From contig JALXBF010000162.1 of NCBI GenBank assembly GCA_026991575.1, positions 1 to 39,564 of the forward strand: 39,564 bases of DNA. The letters run 5' to 3'. Each line of letters opens with the position of its first letter. Position 1 is the stretch's first letter. Origin of the DNA: Planctomycetota bacterium (GTDB lineage: Bacteria > Planctomycetota > Planctomycetia > JALXBF01). The translations under genes and the position numbers were made by a program. The notes below the pieces were generated by a model that saw only the letters and a list, made by a program, of their open reading frames with translations, was not told the origin of the DNA and made no database searches. Positions 18,622-27,087 of the stretch are shown in pieces.

Positions 18622-18942
18622 TGCGTGGCATCGCTCCCGGAGCTGGATCGCTGGGGGCCTGCAGCGCAACACGCTATTGTCATTCTTGGCCGGGGACCCA
18701 GCGGCAAGGCGCGTGTGCGGCGGCTGGTGCCGAGACGGCGGTTGTGTCCGCGGGCGTTCCGGGGGCAGCCCGTCACGGGGACGCGGTCTGAAACGACCTT
18801 ACAGCTTGGGGTGTGCCCATCGGAAAAGTTCAAGGCTCGGCCGACGCATCCTCGGATTACAATTAGTGGATGCAACGGCGTCGCCGGGTGTCGCGCGGAC
18901 GTAAGGGCGTGCTGCTTGGCTACCTGCGCAGGAGTCCTGTCT

Positions 18943-20892
18943 ATGGCCAGCGTAATCGACGAGGTGCTAGCCATTCCGGCGACCGACCCGGATCGTACGG
19001 GTCACGTCTCCAGGAGGACACAGAGGCGGCGGCCCGACGCAGAGAAGCGTCGCTCGTACCTGTCAGCAGCCGTTGTCAGTCTGGCCGTGCACCTGGTGCT
19101 GATGGCGCTGTTGCTGCTAGTGCCCGGTCTGGTGCCGCGTCGGACAGATGCGGTCGTCGTGCGTACGGAGCTGACCGAGCTGGATGAGGACTTGCAGTTT
19201 GCGTACGTCATCGACCTGGACTATGAGCAGACCGGCAACAGTCCGCTTACGGCAAACAATCCATCGGCTACGGCGAGTCCGGCCGGTGAGCTGGCTGAGG
19301 AGGATCCGGCCGAAGAGTTGCCGGAGGAGTTGTTGCCCGATCCGGAGCTGCCTACCGTGGCTCGGGTCGAGTTGCTGCGTTCCGAAGAGCTGACCGCCGT
19401 GGTGAATGTCGAGGGGGTTACGGGCGAGTACGTAGGGGGTGTCGAAGGAGCCGTTGATCGGATCACGATCGAGATCCTGCGCAGCCTGGAGCGGAACAAG
19501 ACCCTGGTGATCTGGATCTTCGATTCCACGGAGAGCTTGCGTGATGAGCGCGAGGCGATCGCGCGGCGGTTTGAGCGGGTATACCGTGAGCTTGGGTTGC
19601 TTGGACAGACCGATGCCGAGGTGCTGCTGACAGCGATCGTTGCCTTTGGCAAGACTACTCGGTTCATGACCGACAAGCCCATCGCTGACGTAGCCAGGCT
19701 GCGGGAGGCCGTTCGGCAGATTCCGGCTGACGAGACTGGTGAAGAGCATGTGTTTACAGCTGTGGCCGAGGCCGCGCAGAAATACGCCAGCTACCGGACC
19801 CGCGGCAAGCGAGACATCATGATGATCGTGGTCACGGACGAAGCTGGCGATGATGAAGGCCGTGTTGATGATGTCCTGCCGCTATTGCTGAAGCTTAAAG
19901 CCCGGGTCTACGTGCTGGGGGCGGAGGCTGTCTTCGGGCGGCGGACGATCACGGTCCCATACCGTGATGAGACAGGCAAGGTGCTGGGATATCCGGAGGT
20001 GACACGCGGTCCTGAATCGGCCGCGATCGAGATCGGCTCGCTCCCGTACTGGTTCGGCGGCAGCCCTCCGCTGCTCCGCTCCGGGTTTGGCACCTGGGGG
20101 CTGACCCGATTGTGTCGCGAGACCGGGGGGATCTACTTTCTGGTCGATTACGGCGACGTCAGTGGGCCTCGGTTTGATCCGTTCCAGCTGCAGCCGTTCA
20201 TGCCCGAGTACGTGTCGCGTCGCGAGTACATGGCGCGCGTGTCGCGGAGTCGCTTCCGGTCGACGGTGCTCCAGGTGGCCAAGATGCTGAAAGTCCGCAC
20301 GCGTGCGCCACGACTTGTGTTCCCCGCCTATAACCGCGACGTGATGAGCAACGCCATGAAGCAGGCTCAGGGAACGGCAGCGATCTTAAAGGCTCAGGTT
20401 GATCCGATCGTGTCGCTGCTGGCTTCGGTGGAAAGCGAGCGGGCCAAGGAGACGTCACTGCGGTGGCGGGCCCATTACGACCTGCTGTTCGGCCGCGCGC
20501 TTGCCACGAAGGTGCGGGCGTACACCTACAACGCGCTGCTTGCTCAAATGAGGGTGAAACCGAGGAAATTCGCCAACCCGCAGAACAACACCTGGCGGCT
20601 GGTGCCCGACGAGTCGATCCCTGAGGACACGCCGGCCGGCTACGCGCTGGTGGAAGCGGCCAAGAAGGCGCGCGAGTACTTGGAGCGGTGCGTAGAGCAG
20701 TATCGCGGCACGCCGTGGGCTGTGCTTGCCGAGCGGGAGCTGCAGCAGCCGCTCGGTTTCCGCTGGGAGGAGACCTTCACGCCGCCGCCCGCGGCACGCC
20801 GCGCGCGTCCGAACCGCCCGAACCGCAACCGTCCGAACCAGAACCGACCGGAGAACCGGCCGCGTCCGAAGCCGGTCCCCAAGAAGATCTAA
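18943..20892 (+). CDS. membrane-anchored vWA-domain protein (paralogue 1)
   Basis: AGGAG RBS at 18930-18934, ATG 18943. One TM and an acidic linker. MIDAS-like WIFDSTES, VVTDE, CRETGGIYF. Arg/Pro/Asn-rich tail. Confidence 0.85.
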   Translation: MASVIDEVLAIPATDPDRTGHVSRRTQRRRPDAEKRRSYLSAAVVSLAVHLVLMALLLLVPGLVPRRTDAVVVRTELTELDEDLQFAYVIDLDYEQTGNSPLTANNPSATASPAGELAEEDPAEELPEELLPDPELPTVARVELLRSEELTAVVNVEGVTGEYVGGVEGAVDRITIEILRSLERNKTLVIWIFDSTESLRDEREAIARRFERVYRELGLLGQTDAEVLLTAIVAFGKTTRFMTDKPIADVARLREAVRQIPADETGEEHVFTAVAEAAQKYASYRTRGKRDIMMIVVTDEAGDDEGRVDDVLPLLLKLKARVYVLGAEAVFGRRTITVPYRDETGKVLGYPEVTRGPESAAIEIGSLPYWFGGSPPLLRSGFGTWGLTRLCRETGGIYFLVDYGDVSGPRFDPFQLQPFMPEYVSRREYMARVSRSRFRSTVLQVAKMLKVRTRAPRLVFPAYNRDVMSNAMKQAQGTAAILKAQVDPIVSLLASVESERAKETSLRWRAHYDLLFGRALATKVRAYTYNALLAQMRVKPRKFANPQNNTWRLVPDESIPEDTPAGYALVEAAKKAREYLERCVEQYRGTPWAVLAERELQQPLGFRWEETFTPPPAARRARPNRPNRNRPNQNRPENRPRPKPVPKKI

Positions 20893-20907
20893 GAAAAGAA
20901 GATCTAA
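20881..20907 (+). repeat. 12-bp direct repeat spanning the stop codon
   Basis: AAGAAGATCTAA at 20881-20892 and 20896-20907, separated by GAA. Confidence 0.85.
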
Positions 20908-20941
20908 CGGGCGCTCTGGTCCTTAGCAGGCGGACTCAGTC

Positions 20942-22882
20942 ATGGGCGGTGCAAGACGCCCAGGCTACGATGCTGCTGAAACCGTGAACGCAACCGGGCA
21001 CGGCGACGGGAGAAGGCGGGGCCTGCGCCGCCGGTTACGACGCTGGTTGCAGACAGCGCCTGCGTGGCTGACCAGCTCTGCGGTCCATCTCGCCGTCTTC
21101 GGCGTGCTGATGCTGATTCCTTACCGCATCCCCACTTCGCTACGCGCGATCGTCGTCGAGACGCGGTTGACCGAGGAGACTCCCCCTCCGGACTTTGCCC
21201 GGCTGTTGGAGTCGGACTACGATCCGGACACCGCCTTCTTCGACGCAGCCGGCCGGCCGCAAGCCCATGCACCCAACGCCGGGACGGATGCTGCGCTGAG
21301 TGCGGCTCCCGAACCGAAGCAATCGGAACTGCCTCCGGCAGTCGGCCTGGTCCGCCTGGGCGATGCCGATCTGAGCGTGCGCCTGCCACCGCCGCAACGG
21401 CTGGATGTGGCAGTGACCGTTCGAGGCGAGGAACTGGCGATCGTGGCCGGTCAGGGCGAAGCGATGGACCAGATCACCAGGGAGATCCTCGTGCGGTTGC
21501 GGAAGCGGCCGGTACTGGTGATCTGGATGTTCGACGAGTCACGCAGCATGTTCGACGAGCGGCAGGACATCAAACGCCGGTTCGTGAAGGTGTACGAGGA
21601 GCTGGCGGCACATCCGGAAACGGGCAACCGAGCCTTACTGAGTGCGGTGGTCGGCTTTGGCAAGGATGTCCACTTCCTCTCGCCCCGTCCCACCGACGAC
21701 ACTGAGTTGCTAAGGGAACAGATCGACCGCGTGCCGGTGGACCCGAGCGGCCAGGAGTGGCCGTGCAAACACCTCATCGCAGTTGCTCAACGCTACGCCG
21801 GCTTCAGCCGTCGGGGTGGTCGCGACGTGATGATCGTGTTGCTAACCGACGAGTCTGGCCAACGTTCCCCCGACGGCCTCACGCCACTGGACGGGGCACT
21901 GGTTGAAGAAGCGATTCACGCGCTGCAAGAGGCGCGGATGGCTGTCTATGTCATCGGTCGTCAGGCGGCCTTTGGCTTTCCGTTCGTGCCTGTCTTGTAT
22001 CGTGATCCTGAGACCGGCAGCACGCGGTGGGTGCGAATCACACGCGGGCCGGAGACGCCCGGCATTGAGTGCCTGCAGACCAATGGCTTGAGCCACAGCA
22101 GGCCAGCGATCGCATCCGGTTTCGGCCCATGGGAGCTGGTGCGAATCACGCGCGAGACCGGTGGCATCTACTTCCTGATCCCCGCCGAAGAGTCCGGCCG
22201 GCAGCGTGATTACCAGTACGATCCGTTTGTCATGAAGAACTACCTGCCGCACTACGGTCCGCGGCTACAGTATGCGGAGGCAGTCGCCAAGAGTCCGTTG
22301 CGGCGGCGGTTGGTTGAGGTGTTTCGCAGCACGGCCGACGTAGCCGTCCCGCTTTCCTTTGCCGGTCATCCGGAACGCTTCCGTCAGCAGGCGGTTGCCG
22401 CCGCGGCGGCGGCACGCCGGCAACGTGCGCGGCTGCGGCAGGCTTACGAGGCACTGCGGGCCGTGGCGGACGACTACGCAGCCGAGACGTCACTTCGGTG
22501 GCGTGCGGCCTTTGACCTGGCCGTGGCCCAGCTGTTCAGCTATCAGATCCGACTCTACCAGTACGAGCGGATGCTGGCGGAGCTTGCTAGCGATCCGCCA
22601 CGCCCTGACAGAACGGTGACGCTACGGCCTGGTGAGTCGCTTCACTGGCGGGTGCGTATCTGTCGGGCCAGTGAAAAGAGCTGGGTGTCGCGCGAAGAGT
22701 TGGAGCCCGTGCAGCAGATGGCCAAGGAGCTGTACGCTAGCGTGCAACGCCGCCATCAGGGCACCCCCTGGGCAAAGCTTGCCGAGATCGAACTGGAACA
22801 AGGCTTCAGCACACGGCTGGTGCCCGTGGTCTCGCGTCCAAGCACCGCTTCCGGTCGCTCTGAGCCTGTGCCCGAGCTGTAA
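20942..22882 (+). CDS. membrane-anchored vWA-domain protein (paralogue 2)
   Basis: One TM. MIDAS WMFDESRS, LLTDE, TRETGGIYF. ETSLRWRA and GTPWA are shared with paralogue 1. Start may be GTG 20984. Confidence 0.85.
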   Translation: MGGARRPGYDAAETVNATGHGDGRRRGLRRRLRRWLQTAPAWLTSSAVHLAVFGVLMLIPYRIPTSLRAIVVETRLTEETPPPDFARLLESDYDPDTAFFDAAGRPQAHAPNAGTDAALSAAPEPKQSELPPAVGLVRLGDADLSVRLPPPQRLDVAVTVRGEELAIVAGQGEAMDQITREILVRLRKRPVLVIWMFDESRSMFDERQDIKRRFVKVYEELAAHPETGNRALLSAVVGFGKDVHFLSPRPTDDTELLREQIDRVPVDPSGQEWPCKHLIAVAQRYAGFSRRGGRDVMIVLLTDESGQRSPDGLTPLDGALVEEAIHALQEARMAVYVIGRQAAFGFPFVPVLYRDPETGSTRWVRITRGPETPGIECLQTNGLSHSRPAIASGFGPWELVRITRETGGIYFLIPAEESGRQRDYQYDPFVMKNYLPHYGPRLQYAEAVAKSPLRRRLVEVFRSTADVAVPLSFAGHPERFRQQAVAAAAAARRQRARLRQAYEALRAVADDYAAETSLRWRAAFDLAVAQLFSYQIRLYQYERMLAELASDPPRPDRTVTLRPGESLHWRVRICRASEKSWVSREELEPVQQMAKELYASVQRRHQGTPWAKLAEIELEQGFSTRLVPVVSRPSTASGRSEPVPEL

Positions 22883-22942
22883 GCTCGTCTCTGCGATACC
22901 ACGACTCCGCGACCACGCTCACCGGCCCCGTTCGTGTGCGCG

Positions 22943-24268
22943 CTAATTGGCGACAAGTGGCAACGGCAGGCTCTTGAACCGTACCGTCACCGGAACCCAC
23001 ACCGGCTCTGATGGCACCTCCAGCACCAGGTCGTAGTCGGCCAGTTTGCCCGGCGCGTCGACGAAGAGGTACTCGATGGCAAACGAGCGCTCGCCGGTGG
23101 CCAACAAGTTGTAGCCACCGTTAAGTTCGAACCGCTCTCCGGTCCGGCGGTTCTGCAAGTACGCCGTCGTTTGCAAGAACCAGTCTTCGTAGCTTTCCGT
23201 GAGCGCCTCAGCCGTCAGCTCCTGCTCTCCAATGTACTCGACTCTCGTCTGAATCCGCCATACGCCTGCTTCGTCAGTCACGCGGAGCACGTCCAGACGC
23301 AACTCTGCGGTCTGCTGTTTGGCGGTCAGCCCGGAGCGGAGCGGCCCGATGCGGACGACGCGTGTCGAGGCGGAGACAAGCAGTCGGATGATCGCCTCAA
23401 CGTGCTCGATCTCGGACGCGCCCAGTCTAGGGGGGGCGATCGGCAGCGTTACCGAGACCGCGAACTGACCGGTCTCGGGTCGCACCAGAACCGTTCCCCC
23501 TGCCGCTCCGTTCACGATCAGCGGTCGGCCGGTGTCGTCTACAAGGGTTAGTTCATCCAGGTTCAGGACGACACGTACCACTCGGATCTTCGGCTCCCAG
23601 GCCAGCAGCAAGTCCAGTGAGCCGACGGGACGGCCAATGTGGTAGTCCATCGTGAGCGTCAGCCGCTCGGCAGCCAGCAGGAGCCCCCCCTGAACCGTGT
23701 GCGGTCCCTTTAGCGGCGGACCTGCGATCAGACCGACGGCCTCGCGCGCGTCATAGAACTCGGGCCTCAAGTTCACCTTCCGACACAGCTCCAACAGCGC
23801 ATCCCAGAAGAGCTGCTCGTGCCACGCGACCGTCAGCTCTGGATCGTCAACCGGCTGGCCCAGCTCGGCGCGCCGATCCACAATCCGGTTACCCGTCTGC
23901 TCGTGCAGCAACGCCAGCAGCTGGCTAAGCCGATAACGCCCTTTGACCGTCACGCGGCTACCGGCAAGCTGTTGCTTGGCCTGGCCCAACCGAAGCTTTC
24001 TAATGATCCGCTGCAGTCGGAGCCGCTGCTCCTGACTGAGGTCGGAGTCGTCCAGCGCAGGCAGTAGAGGCAGCACGGCCGGTCCCAACTCGACCAGCCT
24101 CCGCTCTGCCTCGTCACGCTCAGCCGCCCGGTCCGCATCGAGCTGTTCCACAAGGCGTTCGACCTCGCGCCGCTCGATCTGACCGCGATCGTCGGCCGAC
24201 CGGGCAGGCGTGGCGCACAGAAGAACCAGCACGATCATGCAGCAAGCCCGGTGAAGCCCATGTTTCAT
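22943..24268 (-). CDS. secreted hypothetical protein (HEAT-like N-terminus, STN-like segment, beta-rich C-terminus)
   Basis: GGAGGG RBS, ATG 24268, signal peptide. Segments LVEQLDAD...RDEAERRLVELGP and LSQLLALLHEQTG...FWDALLELC. Lies 52 nt downstream of the diheme gene. Confidence 0.7.
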   Translation of the reverse strand: MKHGLHRACCMIVLVLLCATPARSADDRGQIERREVERLVEQLDADRAAERDEAERRLVELGPAVLPLLPALDDSDLSQEQRLRLQRIIRKLRLGQAKQQLAGSRVTVKGRYRLSQLLALLHEQTGNRIVDRRAELGQPVDDPELTVAWHEQLFWDALLELCRKVNLRPEFYDAREAVGLIAGPPLKGPHTVQGGLLLAAERLTLTMDYHIGRPVGSLDLLLAWEPKIRVVRVVLNLDELTLVDDTGRPLIVNGAAGGTVLVRPETGQFAVSVTLPIAPPRLGASEIEHVEAIIRLLVSASTRVVRIGPLRSGLTAKQQTAELRLDVLRVTDEAGVWRIQTRVEYIGEQELTAEALTESYEDWFLQTTAYLQNRRTGERFELNGGYNLLATGERSFAIEYLFVDAPGKLADYDLVLEVPSEPVWVPVTVRFKSLPLPLVAN

Positions 24269-24320
24269 CCGCGTCCCTCCCGACCATATGCGCAATCGGA
24301 CCGGGCCGGAAGCCGGAACG

Positions 24321-26129
24321 TCATGGCGCTGCGGCTGCCGGGCGGTCATATGGCAGTGATTTCAGGAAAGCGACCAGAGCAGCCAGTTCGTCGCGGCTTA
24401 GGTGACTGGTCCGGCCGTGACGGTCCTCGGGATTGAAGGTGGTCAGCACATCAAGCAAGGTAGCTGCTTTGCCGTGGTGCAGGTAGGGGGCAGTGCGATA
24501 GACGCCTAACAGTGTCGGCGTGTCGTAGGCGGGGCCGAGCCGCTCGGTGGGGTCGTCCTGGCCGGTACCGACGTCGTGGAGCTTACGGTCGGTGAAGTAC
24601 GGCCCGGTGTGGCAACGTGCGCAGCCGACGTCTTCTCGGAAAAAGATGCGCCGTCCCCGTTCGGCAAGCTCTGTCAGCTTCCCGTCCGGAGCAAACGGGC
24701 TCGGGCTGAAGTCGAACGAGTTGCAGTACGCGGCCAGGGCGTCGAGATCGGCGGAGCGGCCTGCGTTCGGGGGGCCAAGCGACGGATACGGCTTGCCCCG
24801 CAGCAAGCCTCTGCCGCGCATCAAGGGGCCGCGTATCGTGTGCTCAAAATCCTGCACCTCGTCCCGATCTGCCGACCAGTGCAGCGGCGTGGTGTAGCGG
24901 ATGCCGGCCAGGCTTGGTGTGTTCCGCAGCCCTTCGGGCATCTGCCAGGTGCGACCGTCGGGTTGGCCGTCCGGATGGCAGACCGCACAGCTTACCCAAC
25001 GACGCCCGGCCATCGGCTGAAGCGCCGAGTTGAACAGCACCTTGCCCCGCCAGATCTGCTGAGAGTAGGGCGGGTCGGTCACACGTACGCGTCGAGCGAT
25101 GCGCAGACCGTTCAGGTCGACGATGGCGATCTCGAAGTCCAACGTGCAGTACACGTACGCTTCCGGCCGGTCCGGGTGGGCTACCACGGCCCGCGGGTTG
25201 CGACCGACCCGGAACGCCGGACGCAGAAGCTCGATCTCGTAGTAGTCGTCGTCCAGCACCCGGCTCACGTGCATGTCATCGCTACCGGCGTAGACGGTCA
25301 GTAGAAGGCGACCGTCGGCGGTCAGAGCTGCATCCCAGGGCATCGCTACGGCGCGGAACCCGTTGTAGGTGTCCAAGGCGATCGGTTTCCGCTGGCCATG
25401 ATCACCGCGGCCGCGTTTGACCACCGACAGGATCGGGAAGATGGAGCCCTCTTGCCTGGCAACCGACGTTCTCGACCGCGTGTGGGGCAGGAACGCGCGG
25501 CTACCGTCCGGCAGCACGGCCACCGCACGGCAGAGGTTATACTCGCTGTTTGCATCCCAGCGACGACGCACTTCACCGGTCGAGGTGTCGATTTCCAGCA
25601 AGCGGGCGGTGTAGAACTCGGTAGCGAACAGCGTGCTGCCGTCAGGACTGAGTGCTAGGCCGCGCACGAACCGACCCACCCGATGAGTTGCCGCGACTTG
25701 TCCCGCAGGCAGCTCGATCACCGAGATCGCACCGGGAAAATCGTGGCTCACATACGCCCGCTTTCCCGAGCGGTCCACCACGACCCCGTATGGTTCGTCA
25801 GCAACGGCGATCTTCTTGACCAGGCGCCCCCGCGCCCAGTCCACGATGACCACAAGGTCGTCGCGGTACGCCGTGACCAGAGCCAGCGATGTTCCTGGTA
25901 CGACGGCGACCGCTTGAGGCTCACGACCGACGGCGATCTCGGCCACGGTTCGCAACCGGTCCAGGTCTACGACGCTCAGCGTCCCGCTGTCGGTGTTGGC
26001 CACGAGCAATTTCGTGCCGTCGTCGGTCGTGGCAATCAGCCGACTGGACGACCAGGGAGCGGCAACGGCGGCTGAACAGTTGGCCAGCCAGAGGAGAAGC
26101 AGGAGAACGTTCACGACGGTCGTATGCAC
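24321..26129 (-). CDS. YVTN/YncE beta-propeller fused to a di-heme c-type cytochrome (bCcP/MauG-like)
   Basis: Signal peptide. Propeller repeats (VANTDSGTLSVVD, VG..P..V). Two heme motifs CAVCH and CARCH, plus RNTPSL and YDTPTLLGVYRTAPYLHHG. Confidence 0.88.
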   Translation of the reverse strand: MHTTVVNVLLLLLWLANCSAAVAAPWSSSRLIATTDDGTKLLVANTDSGTLSVVDLDRLRTVAEIAVGREPQAVAVVPGTSLALVTAYRDDLVVIVDWARGRLVKKIAVADEPYGVVVDRSGKRAYVSHDFPGAISVIELPAGQVAATHRVGRFVRGLALSPDGSTLFATEFYTARLLEIDTSTGEVRRRWDANSEYNLCRAVAVLPDGSRAFLPHTRSRTSVARQEGSIFPILSVVKRGRGDHGQRKPIALDTYNGFRAVAMPWDAALTADGRLLLTVYAGSDDMHVSRVLDDDYYEIELLRPAFRVGRNPRAVVAHPDRPEAYVYCTLDFEIAIVDLNGLRIARRVRVTDPPYSQQIWRGKVLFNSALQPMAGRRWVSCAVCHPDGQPDGRTWQMPEGLRNTPSLAGIRYTTPLHWSADRDEVQDFEHTIRGPLMRGRGLLRGKPYPSLGPPNAGRSADLDALAAYCNSFDFSPSPFAPDGKLTELAERGRRIFFREDVGCARCHTGPYFTDRKLHDVGTGQDDPTERLGPAYDTPTLLGVYRTAPYLHHGKAATLLDVLTTFNPEDRHGRTSHLSRDELAALVAFLKSLPYDRPAAAAP

Positions 26130-26347
26130 TGCATCCTCCCATCAAGCAGGCGATCGGGCGGGTTGCTATCCCGAACCGCGTTCATGGAAGGATATCCGGG
26201 GAGAACGCGACAGGCAGGCCGGCACGAGGCAGCTGCGACGAAGCCGCCCGCCAGGCGTGCTTGCCGTCGGCTGCCACCGGCGCTCCGGGGCAGCTGGGGG
26301 CACCGCGTGGGGGCGAGCGTGCCGCCGCCGGTGGCGCCGTAAGCCGC

Positions 26348-26836
26348 TCACGCGCGACGGAAGATCACATACAGGTCGGTGCCGTGGTGCACGGCGTATA
26401 CGAACTGCCAGCCTTCGGCGGCGTACTTGTTGAGCGTATCCTCAAGGTTCGCATGGGCCATGCGGCCGCCCATGTGGACCTTGGCGACCATGTAGCCATT
26501 GGTCGCCTTGTCCTGTTGCTCCGCCGCTTGCTCCGGACCGGTTACCGTCGAAATCATGCTGCTACTGCCAGTGCCGACGGTCGTGGACGGAGCGGGTTCG
26601 GGCTGGCTTTGTTCCGCCGGCGCACCGCGTTTGAGGTCGGCCAGTTCGTCGTCGATCGGGATCTTCTCCTCTTCTTCGTCGGCCAGCTGCACGCCGCCGC
26701 CGGCCTGTGGGGGTTTGACAACGAAGTGAGCCTTGCAGTGTATGCACTCGACTTTCAGTCCCAAGTACTTGCTGGGAATCTTCAGCATCTTGCCGCACTT
26801 GGGACAGGTCCGCTTCAGCGTCGTCTCGGTGGACAT
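26348..26836 (-). CDS. zinc-ribbon + DUF4177-like protein
   Basis: GGAGGT RBS. N-terminal CPKC...CIHC, low-complexity linker, C-terminal LEDTLNKYAAEGWQFV...VIFRR. Confidence 0.8.
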   Translation of the reverse strand: MSTETTLKRTCPKCGKMLKIPSKYLGLKVECIHCKAHFVVKPPQAGGGVQLADEEEEKIPIDDELADLKRGAPAEQSQPEPAPSTTVGTGSSSMISTVTGPEQAAEQQDKATNGYMVAKVHMGGRMAHANLEDTLNKYAAEGWQFVYAVHHGTDLYVIFRRA

Positions 26837-27087
26837 GACCAGACCTCCGCTATAGGCAGACAACGAGGCCCCTGACTAAGTTCCATCCTACCAGAGCAAA
26901 AGGGCCTTGCAACCGGTTTCGGTGCCTCATTGAGGCCGCTGCGGCCCGGGCTGCGTCACCGCCGCCAGCTGCCGCTTTCCCGGGGTGGTGCCCCCGGGCT
27001 TGAAGACCCGCTGTTCGTTCCGGTACGCTCTAGCCCACGCGGTGTCGGTGTCCCTGAGGCAGAGAGCCCACCAGTTGAGGAGCAACG

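Noticed and set aside
18550..18942. 131-aa N-terminal extension of vWA paralogue 1 in the ORF track
   Set aside because: It overlaps the divergent methyltransferase gene and is low-complexity. An RBS supports ATG 18943.
25889..26875. 328-aa plus-strand ORF
   Set aside because: Overlaps two better-supported minus-strand genes; no motifs.
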